The translations under genes and the position numbers were made by a program. From Chiloscyllium plagiosum (Eukaryota), in contig NC_057726.1 in assembly GCF_004010195.1 (NCBI RefSeq), forward strand, positions 61,607,835 to 61,671,834: a stretch of DNA of 64,000 nucleotides, read 5' to 3'. The notes beneath the pieces are model-generated. The model searched no databases, was not told the DNA's origin, and saw only the letters and a list, made by a program, of their open reading frames with translations. Each line of letters starts with the position of its first letter. Position 1 is the stretch's first letter. Of this stretch, positions 49,925 to 64,000 are shown in pieces.

Positions 49925-50422
49925 TGTTGTGAAACTTGAAAGGGTTCAGAAAAAAATTACAAGGATGTTGCCAGGTTGGAGGATTTGAGCTATAGAGAGA
50001 GGCTGCATCTGTTGGGGCTGTTTACCTTGGAGCGTCAGAGGCTGAGGGGTGACCTTATAGAGGTTTGTAAAACCATGAGGGGCATGAATAGGAGAAATAG
50101 ACAAAGTCTTCTCCCTGGTGTGGGAGAATTCAGAACTATAGGACATGTGTTTGGGTGAGAGGGGAAAGATATAAAAGGGACCTAAAGGGCAACCTTTTCG
50201 CACAGAGGGTGATGTGTGTATGGAATGAGCTGATACAGGAATTGGTGGAGGCTAGTACAATTACGATATACAATATTTAAAAGGCATCTGGATGGCCATA
50301 TAAATAAGAAGGGTTTGGAGAGATATGGGCCAAGTGCTGGTAAATGGGACGAGATTAGATTAGGGTATCTGGTCGGCATGGACGAGTCTCCGTGCTGTAC
50401 GTCTCTATGGTTCTATGACTCT
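49925..50422 (+). mobile_element. CR1-like LINE 3' end
   Basis: LSYRERL..LRGDLIEV and a tctatgac tail. Confidence 0.85.
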
Positions 50423-53247
50423 TATCTGTAGGAAGAGAGCAGAGTTACCATTTCGAGACTGGAGACCCTTCATCAGAACCCCAACAAATGGAAGTGGGAC
50501 TTTGGTTATTCACAGTGTTCAGTTTCTTGCAGCTTCCAAATCTGTTCGGTCTTTTTTTTTAAAAACCTGGAAATGCAAATCATTCAGGAGTTCTGTTCGT
50601 CACCGCCGTCCATCTGAAGTATGCACACTTGGAAAATGGTTAACAACAGGACAGGACTACCCCGCTTCTTCTCAGTAGTCTCTATATCTTTTGTCAATCG
50701 CCTTTACTCTTTGTTATTTGGTTTCCGACCCTTCTATAACTGGGAACAGTGTTCTTTAATTTGCCTTTTGAAAATGTTGTGAACTCTGAACCTCAATTCG
50801 CCTCACCCCTCTCGACTCGAACGAAGAAAATCTCCAGTTTCTCCACTTAGTTAAATCCTATGACCTCGTTTCATTGTGGTACCTTCTGCGGTGTTTCCAT
50901 TTTCGTGAAACCCTCCCTAAAGGGTCGTCGGAGGTTTGAACATAACACTCCAGCTGAGACCTAAATAGTTCTTAACAAATGTTTCGTGCAACTTATTTGC
51001 TTTGTGCACCATCGCTCTATTCACAATGCTAAGAATCTGCTTTGCCTTTTCATTTGGCCTGCAACCCTCAAATATTCCACATGCACCCCAGGCCTTTCAC
51101 TGAATTTCCTTATTTTCTACCAACAGTAAAATGTGAGTAATTCCATTATTTAAGATTTTCCCCGCAGTTTCGTGTTCAGGTAAGTTAATTAAGACTGTAG
51201 CTCCTTCGGATAAATGTAGAAGCCGTGGTATTCTAATTAACGACACAGGGCTGCATGTCAAATTATTAAACTGCGCTCAGGCCTGCTCTTGGATCTGAAC
51301 ATGAATACAGATTTCGGCTTTTGCGAAATGTATGATAATGCAATGAATTTGAGACGATTGTATTGTGAGTAAGCGACTTCTGTCGTGACAGTTTGATCAT
51401 GAAGGATGACTGTCTAACTCAAATTGCCCCCACCTCACTCCTCAATGAACCCCAGCGACTGGCCAGCTGCGCGCCATATATACAATTCAATTATCCTCGC
51501 TCGGGGTTTTCATGAACACAAATCGTATGAAGCTCATGGTATTTACCCATGGAACAGTGCCTCTATTGCACAGCGTAGGGCTGTGAATATCTCGGTTGTT
51601 TCAAGTGTACCTTGCCACAGCCACTGCAAACAATTGGGGGTCCTGGCAACCTCCTCACATTAGGACGAATGACGTGTGTTCTAGAACATGGGAAGGCCTC
51701 AGCCAAACTGTTTCAACACACCATCAGTGGCATGTACCCAAATATTTGAAAGTATCCCACTTAAATATCCTGTCCACAAAACAAAAGCAGGATGAATCAA
51801 ATCTGGGCAATTAACGTTTCGTCAGCCTACTCTTCGACAGAGAGCTGAAAGGTGGTGTCCACAGTGCTATCAGGCGAAATTTGCACAATCATCTGCCCAC
51901 TGTTCAATGTGAGTTCTATCAAATCTAGTGTTCCTCAGTGCACATTACAGCTTTGGTGTAAGCATTATCAAAGAGCTAGAGGTGAGATGAACTTGATATC
52001 AAGGTAGCCTTTGTCCATGTATGGCCCGAAGGAAACCTAGGAAACATGGTCAATGGAAATCAGACGCTGTGGAGTGGATGTAGCGGTAGAAATAGCTCCT
52101 CACTGATTGGATTTACATCGGGCACAGGGAAGATTGTTGCGTTTTTTTGGTGAATCGTTTCAGAACCCAGGACGCTGCTGCAAGATGACTGTAGGGCGGT
52201 GTTCTGGCCCAATCATTTCAGTTGCTTTTTCGTGATCTTCCCTCCAGCATGAAGTTAATACTGTACGCGTTCACTAATGATTGCACAATCTTCATTACCA
52301 GTTCGCCAGAAACTGAGAGGACATGTCCAGATGCAGGAAAGCCATTCAGTCTTCGGCTTAATAGTGGCTCGTAATGTTCACACCTCAGAAGTACCATTTG
52401 GTTCACTGACGTCCTTTAGAGAAGGAAATCTGTTTTCCTTTTGTGGTCTTGCCTCTACGTGACTCCAGATCCACAGCAAGGTGGTTGATTTTTAACTGCC
52501 CTTTCGAATGGGCATTAATTGGTTGTTTGCTTTGATGACAATCGACAGGTTACGTGGTTGACGATGGGATAGTTTTCATTGCGAATTTGTATCAGGTCAC
52601 AGTTTCGCTGCAGGTTTAACCTTCAATTGAGGGACTGTGATAAAATATGAAAAACAGTTTTGATTTTTTAACACTGATCTTATTGTTTTCTTGTGTAAAA
52701 CCAACATTGTAGAGACAGATCTTTTCGCATTGTCAATTTTTTTGTTCCCCTTGAGCGTCCTCGCATCTTTGTTCATCTAAACCTATCATTCTAGCCTTTG
52801 TCCAGCTTCCAGCTATATGGATCGAAACTGCTTGGCCCAGTCACTTCCCTTAAGCTTCATTTCTCCCACAACGGTGGAAACGAGGGTGGGGGAAAGAGAG
52901 CAAAAGAAATTTGACGGAAGGAGAGTTGGTGGCGGCCAATGATATGTCGTGAGGTTTTACTTTCGCCAGAAGACTTTAGTGCTTCTTCCCGATTATTAGG
53001 CGACTGCGTGAATTAGAATAACTTCTATTTTATGTAATATTTGCCTTGTGTTGTACAAAGTCATGAAATTACACGAAAATATCATAGAATCTCTGCAGTG
53101 TGGAGGCGGGCCATTTGGCCCATCGAGTCGAAAACGACACTCCGGAGAACATCGAACCAGATCCGCCTACCCTTAGCCCTGCATCTCCGAAGCTAATCCA
53201 TTTGCCTAGACATCCCTGGATTGTTAAGAGATAAGACACCACGAATC

Positions 53248-53747
53248 NNNNNNNNNNNNNNNNNNNNNNNNNNNNNNNNNNNNNNNNNNNNNNNNNNNNN
53301 NNNNNNNNNNNNNNNNNNNNNNNNNNNNNNNNNNNNNNNNNNNNNNNNNNNNNNNNNNNNNNNNNNNNNNNNNNNNNNNNNNNNNNNNNNNNNNNNNNNN
53401 NNNNNNNNNNNNNNNNNNNNNNNNNNNNNNNNNNNNNNNNNNNNNNNNNNNNNNNNNNNNNNNNNNNNNNNNNNNNNNNNNNNNNNNNNNNNNNNNNNNN
53501 NNNNNNNNNNNNNNNNNNNNNNNNNNNNNNNNNNNNNNNNNNNNNNNNNNNNNNNNNNNNNNNNNNNNNNNNNNNNNNNNNNNNNNNNNNNNNNNNNNNN
53601 NNNNNNNNNNNNNNNNNNNNNNNNNNNNNNNNNNNNNNNNNNNNNNNNNNNNNNNNNNNNNNNNNNNNNNNNNNNNNNNNNNNNNNNNNNNNNNNNNNNN
53701 NNNNNNNNNNNNNNNNNNNNNNNNNNNNNNNNNNNNNNNNNNNNNNN
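53248..53747. other. Assembly gap (500 N)
   Basis: Run of N. Confidence 1.
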
Positions 53748-54605
53748 GCTGTTTTTCCTAAGAGGTTATAGGTTGTTTTGTTTAGAAGGGTTACCTCGTG
53801 GAGTGCAAATGAAAGTGAGAATGGACATAACAGGAGGGATTGCCAAATTTTTAAATCATCCCCAGATGCAGCAGTGGTGCTAGACAATTGGACAACAATA
53901 ATGCTCAGCCACTCTGACCTCATCCCTCAATGCACACCCACTGCCATGTGCGACCACATGCACACTCTATACCTGTCTCTCCATCAGCACTACCTGCCAT
54001 CCATTGCAATCTCCAGTTCCATTTTATTCTTTGTTTAATGCACAAATTTAACAATTATCAATTATTTTTCCTTTCAGTTATTCAGGATACGCGTCCCCTT
54101 CTGGATTCGTCCTCCCTTCTTCTTCCCTTTGAATTCATCACTTCTTCTAATTCCACAACTTGCACTGTATTCACGGTAGCCTCTGGGTATTCATCACATC
54201 AACTAGCATCAGTTACCCTGAATGGCTGCTTTGCGATGCAGAGTGATGTCAAAATGTTGGACTTCATTCCTGCTCTGCCTGAAGTCACCGTGAAGGAATT
54301 TCCTTCTGACCCTCTGCCCTTGGCTGAAAAGTAGTGACCCTCAGATTGAAACGACCATCAGTCATCTCTCCCTAATGAGAGAGCAGCCGGATAGTCTGGT
54401 AAGACTATGGTGACTTTAAGGCTTACACCTTTAGACCTTCCTGCCAGATGCTGTAAAATTAACGCTCAGCATTAAAAAAATACACTTTATGACCTCACTT
54501 CAATGAATTGCAGGCTGAACCTAATGTTGAACTCTGGGGCAGGAGTTCCCATGTTGCTGCATTGAGTCTTTCATCTACATCCATGCGCCTACTCCCTCTG
54601 GACAT
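53748..54605. repeat. Second copy of 20716..21575
   Basis: Colinear match beginning at the gap edge. Confidence 0.9.
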
Positions 54606-54939
54606 CTGGTTTGGCCTTTTAGTTCAATCTTTTCATTGAGAATTTTCAACTTGACATCAACTGCCTTATTTTCTCTGCTCTCATTCTATACTCTAATCTG
54701 TGTCCCCCTGAATTTGCTGCACTACATTCTCCAAATTCTAACTATGAATTTTTTAAATCGTATTTTCTATTAAGAAGAGTGCTGTTGTTGTCTATGTGGT
54801 AAAGGCTGCGCACTAACTTTCTGATACACCCTCTGTTCGAACTCTGGATCATGGTCCTACAGAACATCAAACAGTTATTTTTGGGATGGTTATTAACCTC
54901 ATCTGCTCTTGAGATTTCTTTCCACAGTTCAGGATGGAA

Positions 54940-55790
54940 ACCTGTAAATATTGGAGCGTGATGGGGCTCAGTGTTGTGACCACAATTGTTCACAATATAT
55001 ATTAATGACTTAAAGGAGCAGAGTGAATGTCCTACGGCTAGGATTGCAGGTTGCACAAAAATAGTTGGGACGTGAAATGATTAGGATAATACAGTTTGCA
55101 GATGAATATAATAAACAGGTTACATGAGTGGACAATAATTTGAAAAATGTGAGATTGTACACTTTGCCAGGAAGAATAGAGAAGCTGAAGATTGTTTTTG
55201 TGGAGAAAGACTGAAATAAATGATAGTGCAGAAAAACTTTTGAGTCCTTTTCCATGGATCACAAAAAGCTAGAATCTGAGTTCAGCGATTATTATGGAAG
55301 GTAAGTAGAATGTTGCCCTTTATTTCAAAGTGAGTGGACTATGCAAGTAGGAAATCCAATTAAAACTATGTCAGGCACTATTCAAACCATTGCTGGAAAG
55401 CTGTGAACAGTTTTATTTCCGTTATCTAAGCAAATTTGTGGAAGGACTGTCTTACAAAGACAGTCTGTGTAGTTTGAGCCTTTAATCATTATAAATTTAA
55501 AGTGAGAGGTAATCTGAATGCAAGACAGAAGGTTCTTATGGGACCTGGCAGGTTAGAAGGTGAAAGATTGTTTCCCTATGTGGGAAAGTCTAGGACAGAA
55601 TGCATAGTCTCAGAGTCAGGGGTTGCACATTTACGACAGAAATGTTAAAGAATTTCTGCTCTTAGAGAGTAGTGAATCTATGGAATTACTTCCAAAGGGG
55701 ATTTGTAAAGAATGAGTCTTTAATGATATTCAAGGCTGAGATAGACAGGCGTTTAAAAAGGTAATGGTGAAAGGCAGCAAAGTGTAGTTT
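54940..55790 (+). mobile_element. Old CR1-like LINE fragment
   Basis: Decayed RT motifs (GSVL.P, IYINDL) and 3' end. Confidence 0.6.
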
Positions 55791-56764
55791 CCCTCTCCAC
55801 ATGTGCTGCCAGATGTGCTGTGTTTGTTTCCTGATTTGACAAATGTTGATCAGGTCATCACTCAGCCCTTACTTTTCCTGTTTTTTTTTTCTGTTAGCAG
55901 ACTATCAACATGACAGTCACACTGAGCAAGCACAGCTTATGTTCTGTCTGGTGGGATTTTACTCTGAGATCTCCTTTGTTCTGTATTACAATCAGCTGGG
56001 ATAATAACAAAATGTGGATCATCCGAGGTAGACATCTGTTGAATTTGAAATCGATCTTTGAATCTTTAAAGAAATAATTACACAAAATTACTGGACATAG
56101 AAAGAGGAGTTTTGAATTTTATTGCACAGATTAGAATTTGGAAATAATTTTGACTTTTGTTAAAAGCTTTCTCGGAGTAGAAAAATGTGACTGAAGTTTA
56201 TTTGAAATCTTCGACTAAGACGACACTGTGGGAATGAACAAATAAATTAGAAGTAGAAAACAAAAGTGTAACCTTGCAAAGTTGAGATTCTTAAATATTT
56301 TACCCAACATTTGGAACTAAATGGAGCGAAAACTGAAACTGACATGTCATCACTGAATTCAAATTCAGCAAGAAAAAAAAGGAAAAGAAATTAAAGGAGC
56401 AATGGAAAAATGAAAATGAAGAAAAAAGGAAAGGTAAAAAGCGATGACTAAGAACATTTGAATTGGATGGAGCAAAGGAAAAATGCAAATAGAAATGGAC
56501 TTTAAAAATATGATCAGTGAAGAGACAGCAGAACTAGAAAGTAGGTCTAAACTACAGAAAAGCTTACCATAATTGTGGAAAGAATATGTACGAACTCAAA
56601 AGAGGATTCTTATTCCATTGTTAATTGTGACTTAACTGGAAATGTGCATTAGTTTCTAAATTTCCAGAGCTTGGAGTGGAAATATGTTTCAGTTCAATTG
56701 AAAAGGTAGCCTGGAAGATGAAGTAAACACAAAAAATAGAATATAGATCTTAGAGCAAAGACCA

Positions 56765-57497
56765 TAGAACAGTGCAGCACAGTACAGGCCCTTTGGCCCA
56801 CGACGTTGTGCCAAGCATTTATCTTAATCTAAGATCATCCTAACCTGCAAATCCCTTAATTTACTGCCATCCATGTGGTTGTCCAGCAGTCATTTAAATG
56901 TCCCTAATGTCTCTGACTCTACTACCACCGCTGCCATTGCAATCCATGCACCCACCACTCTCTGTGTACAGAATCTACCTCTGACATCCCCACTATACTT
57001 TCCTCCAATCACCTTTGAAATATGATCCCTCGTGACAGCCATCCTTCCCTGGGAAAATTGTCTGGCCAACTACTCTATCTAAGCCTCTCATTACCTTGTA
57101 TACCTCTATCAAGTCAGCTCTCTTCCATCTTCTCTTCAGTATGAAAAGCCCCAGCTCAATCAATCTCTCTTCATAAGACAAGCCCTCCAATTCAGGCAGC
57201 ATCCTGATAAATCTCCTCTGCACCCTTCCTATAATGAGGCGACCAAACTGGACACAACATTCCAAGAGTGGTCGAACCAAGATTTTATAGAGCAGCAAAA
57301 CATTGTGGCTCTTAAACTCAGTCCCCTGTTAATGAAAGCCAAAACTCTGTATGTCTTCTTAACATTCATATCAATCTGGGTGACAACTTTGAGGGATTTA
57401 TGTACATGGACCATAATATCCCGCTGTTCTGCCACACTGCCAAGAATCCTGTCTTTGACCCTCTTTTGAGCATTCAAATTGACCTTCCAAAATGATT
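56765..57497 (-). mobile_element. CR1-like LINE 3' fragment
   Basis: LYKILVRPLLECCVQF..RVQRRFIRMLP..DLIEVYK. Confidence 0.85.
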
Positions 57498-60400
57498 CAC
57501 TTAGCAAGTGGCTGAAAGACACATGGACCTGAATGTTACAGAATATTTTGAACAGTATCATTAAAAATTTGATGTATCACATTGTCAGAAGAGCAATTTG
57601 CAGGGAACAAAACTGGACAAGCAAAACAAATGTATGTGAGTTTGAAACTATTAATTTATATGTCAGATGATTAGAAACTAACGTAATCAGTAATTTGAAG
57701 GAAAAGAAATTCATTTGGATTGGTACCGCCTCTCACTGAAGTTGGAGAAAGAGTTTGAGAACTTGAAGAAAGTAATGACTATAGTATTCAAAATTATATA
57801 TTAGCAATTACGTCTATAAGCTTCAATAAGCTTCAAATGTCAAAGATCTCGGAATAGTACTTCTGACAGGTTCCTATGATTTTGTAGACAGACCATTACT
57901 TATAGGGCATTTTTCATATGGAAATAAAGAAAGAAATTGAAAGAAAATATTCATTCTGGTTTTAAAAGGTACTGGTTTTACGAAATAGACAGAAGGATTC
58001 CAAGCTGGAACGCAAATGTGATAGAAAGACAATAATATGCCGCCGTTATGATAAGACAGAATATATTAAAGCTGAAATGAGAGATTAATTGCAAAAAATA
58101 GAAGCCCATGGAATCCTTCGAAGTGACAAGCACCAGGAAAGGAAATGAGCATTAAAACTGGAGCAATAGTACAAATGGAGCATGTTGCATTGCATTCTAC
58201 GAGGAAGGAATAGATGACTCAGATACTTAAGACATTTTTTGTTTGATAATGCAATTCAAAATCAGACCATTCAGTGTTCTAGGTAGTCTTTTAAACGGGA
58301 AAGATATTTTCTTGGTCTTCTAATAAAGGAGACAAACCAATAAAAATATTGAGACACAATGGATGGGTTAATGATGGGAAGAAATAATTGGCATCAAACA
58401 CAGAGTGCACAATGTCATCCTATTATCTTGCATTGACTTAAAATACGAAAAAAAAGTTAGTTTACTAATCCAAATTTAAGGATCTGATTTCATCCGAGGC
58501 AATGATATGACTATTTTACGAGAGCTCACCGTTTCCTTATTTGATTACATATAAGGAAGTTGACTGCAACACAACTGAAATACCAAGAGAAGTTTGCAAC
58601 TTAAAAATTAAGAATGGAAGTAAACGCTCTTATAGAATTCCTGATTCATAAAACTAAAGAGAATTCATGAGATTTTTGTGAATGTATGATTTTCAATGAA
58701 CATTTGTGCCTAACATCAGCACAATAACTGTAGCTTTGACAAAATTGTTACAAAAACAAGGAAAATGATATGGTCAGCGGCGTGACAATCATTATTTGAG
58801 AAGCTGAAGGCAATGTTAATAAGTGAATTAGCAATTCCTCTGACTTTAGAAAGCGTTTTACGATGGAAACTAATGTTACTAACGTTGCAATTTTATGAAA
58901 AGGTGATGAATTTATCAAAAGAGAAGACAGTAGGAGGCTTTTCTAAATAAAAAAAAAACTGTCAGAAGAATTACTTAACATCGGTAAAGGAAACTTTGGA
59001 ATTATCATTATCTTTAATATTTTGAAGTTAATTTCCAACGTGATTGCAACGAAACACCAATTCATACTGATTATACTCTGTTACGTTTTGTAAAGAAATT
59101 TATAACTTGAAATTCAATATCATTCTGATGGAGCTTATCGATTCAAATATAACAATATATTGCTGGAGAAGAAAATATAACAGCAAACACGTTATCAAGA
59201 ACGTTTTTGTGCTGTAATAGCTTAAGAGTTCAAGAAGTAAATGAAAACACGTTGCTTAAATCCTGTGTGAGGAATCAGTGCGGGTGAGTTTTATATATTT
59301 AAATAAGCTCTTGCTGGCCATCTTTTTGAATAGGTCTGTTTGAATAGATTGTTTCTCAAATGATATCGAACTCTGATCCCGTGTTGTTTGACACCGTAGC
59401 TCATATCTGTTCACTCAAACATTAATGCTTTGTTTTAAGCATCTCGGTGGTTGGCTATTTATGACTGACGTAAAGAAAGATATCTTAACTCACTTCTCGA
59501 ACGACGAGGGTTGTGGCAGGTCACACATTGAGAATGCTCACAACAGTAATTTGTTGTCCTCTAGATGCTAATATTTCGAAGGATATCGACATAGTGAGGC
59601 AATGTGGTAGTGAGGTAGATGTCAGCCATAAAATAAATGAATGGTAAATTGGGCTTTCCAGGCTGAATGGACAACTCCTGTTCTATTTTATTAATGTTCA
59701 TTTCAACTTTAGTCATTCAGAAATACAGAACTTAAAATTGTTAAAAGGAGATAAAATTCAAGCTTTATGGATTATCTGGATAAGGATGCAAGGAATAAAC
59801 TTGTGAACGGGCCAACAAACCATACAGAATGACGATGGAGACTTCGTTGTCTCTAGAGCTCGTTGATGCCACATATAATGAAATAATGCCTTGATGTCAA
59901 GACGGTCATTCTCATCTCAAAGGTTGATTTGTCCATGTTGGGTCTGAAACTATAATGAGATCCGGACTTAAGTGGCCCTGACAGATCGTAGATCGACCAT
60001 GAATAAATTGACTAATGTAAAACAAAGAACTATGGATGCTAGAAATTTGAAATCTGGTAGCATCTGTGGAGAGAAAAAAAGTTGATGTTTCGAGTCCAGC
60101 GACCCTTCTTCGGAAAGGATGAGTAGACTATTGCTAAGTGAACGATGTTTAATGTCAGTGTCAAATACATATTATATATTTTCTAAACTGCCCAGAGTAG
60201 ATTGATTAATTGAGCAGCTTTAATTTGTCCCGCCTTCTTTGGACAATTTTTCATCGACTACTTTTCCACATAAAATCTTGGTCTTGAAAGATATTGAATC
60301 ATGTGCAGGTCTAGGATTTCTGATGAAGAGTTTATGATCGAAACATTGATTCTCCTGCTCCTCCGATACTGCCTGACTGTCTGTGCTTTTCTATCACAAC

Positions 60401-60579
60401 AATCTTCGACTCTGATCTCCAGTACTTGCAGTCCTCACTTTCTCCTTGCAGGTCTGGGATTGTCTGTTTTTCCAACTAATGATGAAAACATACTTAGTCG
60501 ATATTAACTTGATACAAATTCATGAGTTTGGAAAATATGTTGCAGCCAATCTTGACTAGGGGCGTTTGATGTTTTTTTT

Positions 60580-61770
60580 AAATTCATCTGTGGAAATTTG
60601 GTGTCGCTAACTGGTCAGCATTAATAGCCCATCGCTATTTGCTATTGAGAAGGTGGTGGTCAGCTGCCTTCCTTGAATCACTGCAGTCCACTTGCTGTGG
60701 GTTGACTCACAATGCTGGTAGGGAGGGAATTCCAGAAGTTTGACCCAGTAACTGTGAAGGAACGGCGGTATATTTCCAAGTCAGGGTGATGAGTGACTTG
60801 GAGGGGAACTTGCAGGTGGTGGTGTTCCCAAATACCTGCTGCCTTTGTCCTTCTAGATGGCAGTGGTCGTGAGTTGGAAAGTGCTATCGAAGGATCTTTG
60901 GTGAATTTCAGCAGTACATCTTGTAGAAAGTACGCACTGCTGCTACTGAGCACTGGTGCTGGAGGGATTGAATGTTTGTAGATGTGGTGCCAATCAAGTG
61001 GCTCGCTTTGCCCTGGATAGTGTCAAGATTCTTGAGTGCTGCTGGAGCTGCACCCATCCAGGCAAGTGGGGAGTATTGTATTACACTCCTGACTTGTGCC
61101 TTGTAGATAATGGACAGGCTTTGGGGAGAAAGTGAGGACTGCAGATGCTGGAGATCAGAGCTGAAAATGTGTTGCTGGAAAAGCGCAGCAGCTCAGGCAG
61201 CATCCAAGGAACAGGAGAATCGACGTTTCGGGCATAAGCCCTTCTTCAGGAATGAGCAAAGTGTGTCCAGCAGGCTTTGGGGAGTCAGGAGATGAGTTTC
61301 TGTCTGCAGTATTCTTAGCCTCTGACCTGCTCTTGTAGCCACTATGTGTTTCTGGTGAATCCTGTTGAGATTCTGGTCAATGGTAACCCAAAGGATGTTG
61401 ACAGTGGGGAATTCAGTGATGATAATAGCGTTGAATGTCAAGGGACGGTGGTTAAAATCTCTGTTACTGGTGATGGTCATTGTCTGGCATTTGCGTGGTA
61501 CGAATGTTACTTGCCACTTGTCAGTCCAAGCCTAGATATTGTACAGATCTCATTGCATTTAAGCACAGATTGCTTCAGTTTCTGAGGAGTCGTGAATGGT
61601 GCTAACACTGTGCAATCATTGGCGAACATCCCCACTTCTGACTTTATGATAGAGGGAAGTTTGTTGATGAAGTAGCTGAAGATTGTTGGGCATAGGACAC
61701 GACCCTAACGGACTCCTGCAGAGATGTCCTGGAGCTGAGATGACTGAGCCTCCATAGCCACAACCATTTA
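60580..61770 (-). mobile_element. CR1/L2-group LINE fragment (same family as 16820..17870) with a nested short element at 61126..61269
   Basis: VATRAGQRL..THLLTPQSL motifs. The insert is flanked by direct repeat caggctttggggag. Confidence 0.8.
61217..61254 (-). ncRNA. Minimal hammerhead-ribozyme-like motif
   Basis: CUGAAGA-A-GGGC(UUAU)GCCC-GAAACGUC. Confidence 0.5.
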
Positions 61771-62319
61771 GAATGTGGTACTGTTGGAACCATCACAGAC
61801 TGAATGAATTCAAGGAACATACCCGTGGTAATGATCTTGCAAAGATAATTTCCCCATTCACTTCACTTCCCAAAATGGATTTTAAAATAAGGCTTTTGCT
61901 CCATTCTTTTCACTTGGAGAATGAGCTATCTGGTATGCCTTGAATGCTATACACCACAGTAGTTTTGAACTTATTTGGGTCTTTGGGGTGCAGTAGAATA
62001 TTATATCTGGCATACGCTGGGTGCCAGCCAGAAATTTAGAATCTGGATAGTCTTCATCAGAACAGATGACCGGATCATGTTAACTCTGTGTTCTCCCCAC
62101 AGATGCTGCCAGACCCGCTGGGGGGTTGACAGCAATTTCTGTTTTTGTTACAATTCACCAAGTTCTTTATTTTATTTAATTAACTAGAACTGCTGTAAAT
62201 ATGCATTATTTTTACAAACCTGCATTGAAGATGATGCATACAATTACATCGAAATGCATATTGTCTGTTACAACTTCTTGAGGTCAAGGGAGATCTGTAT
62301 GTAGATCTTGAGTACCAAT

Positions 62320-62955
62320 GTTAAAAAATGACTCAACACCAGGTTATAGTCAACAGGTTTATTTGGAAGCATTAGCTTTCGAGACGCTACCTCATCATCA
62401 GGTGGTTGTGGAACATAACCTTACAAAACAGAATTTATAGCAAAAGGCTCACAGTGTCATGGAGTTGTAATGATATATTAAACAACTTTAGTTAAAAATC
62501 ACACAACAACAGGTTATAATTTTGAAGCAATTTTCGATTAAGTCTTTCATCTTTTAGAATGGGATATGGTGGTTTAGGTTCTTTAATAGGTAAATACCAG
62601 AATTATGTTCTCAAGGTGGCATCTTCTTATCTGATAATAGGTGTCATCTCAGCTCAGACAATGCATTAAATGTGTGAAGGTAAAGTCTATACCAATGTTG
62701 AGACTTTTCTATTTCTAACATGGGGCTTACAGAATCTTACATGGATTTATGCAGTTTTTGAGCAAAATAACATGTCATTTGGAAATACAAATTCACGCCA
62801 TAAACTTATGCGTGCATGCAGAAGAGACAGCGTGGGTGTATGGATGTGAGTGCATGTGCAAAAGTGTGCGCATGTGTGCGTGTAAGCTTGGTCAAGATAG
62901 TGCGTCCAAATAAACCTGTTGGACTATAACCTGGCGTTGTGTAATTTTTAACTTT
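62320..62955. mobile_element. Penelope-like element remnant with inverted termini
   Basis: caacaccaggttatagtcaacaggtttatttgga at the left, with its near reverse complement at about 62905..62950. Confidence 0.7.
62368..62405 (-). ncRNA. Minimal hammerhead-ribozyme-like motif in the PLE terminal repeat
   Basis: CUGAUGA-U-GAG(loop)CUC-GAAAGCUA. Confidence 0.5.
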
Positions 62956-64000
62956 GTCCACCCCAAATCTTGAGTAGAAAAGTTATAAAGGATCTGCTAA
63001 TATTGGAAATGATGGAAAATTGAATTTGCTTTGCACATGCAGTGAAAAACCTGGATTGGTTCGATCTTGTGTAATGCAGCGACACATTACAGGTCACTGA
63101 TTGTAACTTTGACAAAACACAAGAAGTGATAGGTGGCGCCTTCCACACTCTTATTCCTCTTATTGCTGTTGCCCACCCCTCACCCTTGCAAAGCACCCAC
63201 CCTGCTCGCCAAATAAGCTTACCAGCTTTGAAGCAGCAATTTGAGGGGTGAAGGAATTTCAAAATCAGTTGTCCCATCACTATCAAAATGTCCTATAATA
63301 TTGAGCCTGAACGACTTTTCACAATCCAACACTTTATTAGTGCCGATATACTGCTAGATAAAAGTCAATATAGACATTGGTCATACTTATGTCTTGTTCA
63401 TAACGGAAATCCAACGGTCCTCTGGTCAAACAAATTCTTGAACACAACGAAAGATTTTTAACTAGCTCTTTTCAAATTCCTCTCAGCTTTGTGAGGGATT
63501 GAACGTAGGCACGTACGATTTTCCTAAAGTCTTTTGAACATTTTCTGTTCCCAAAACGTCTATTAGGCTCGAAATAAATTGATTTACAACTCTGGAACCA
63601 TGCACGTGTCTTTATATTATGCTCTGTTTGGCGCATGTTACAACATCACAATGAAAGCTGCTCAACTCTGGGTGACAGTCAGACGGACATCAGCCAGTGC
63701 TCCTGTTGATAGAATTGGATCTCTGGGATTGGACTCTCACTGGGCCAGTCTTTTAGCATCAAGAACTAAATTGTTCCTGTCTTTCAGTAGGTTCTTTCTA
63801 TCCTGTTCTGTCCAACTCACTCAGCCTACTGCAGTATAGTTTGATTAAATAAAAAAGCCTCGCAGCCCAAATGCTATTTTCTACTTTGATTTTGAATACA
63901 ATGACATTCTATCTTGTTTACATTGGTGTAGTAGCTCGGTCTCTGGAACATTTAAGTAATGTTTTCGCCTTCAATGTAGAGGCTAATTATATCCCTGTGC

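Overview
Eukaryotic genomic DNA, about 40% GC and rich in repeats, with two 500-N gaps. The repeat families (tRNA-derived HE1-like SINEs, CR1/HER1-like LINEs, Penelope-like and Tx1 elements) suggest a cartilaginous fish, probably a shark; this is inference. I manually spliced two paralogous multi-exon immunoglobulin-superfamily receptor genes on the minus strand. Both have the layout leader, germline-joined VJ-type V domain, single C1 domain, TM and cytoplasmic exons. Gene A (3787..13931, 7 exons, 322 aa) has an uncharged TM and a SIRP-alpha-like four-tyrosine tail in which only one ITIM (LTYANL) survives. Gene B (29431..49265, 6 exons, 282 aa) has an arginine in the outer TM and a frameshift-decayed ITIM/ITSM exon. 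Together they look like an inhibitory/activating paired-receptor family of the SIRP-like or non-rearranging VJ-C1 type. Bases 1..1747 are a near-identical copy of gene A's upstream region, implying a third member just left of the window. Gene A's signal-peptide exon is tandemly duplicated. Most ORFs in the supplied track are transposon fragments or noise. Exon boundaries were read by eye; repeat boundaries are approximate.
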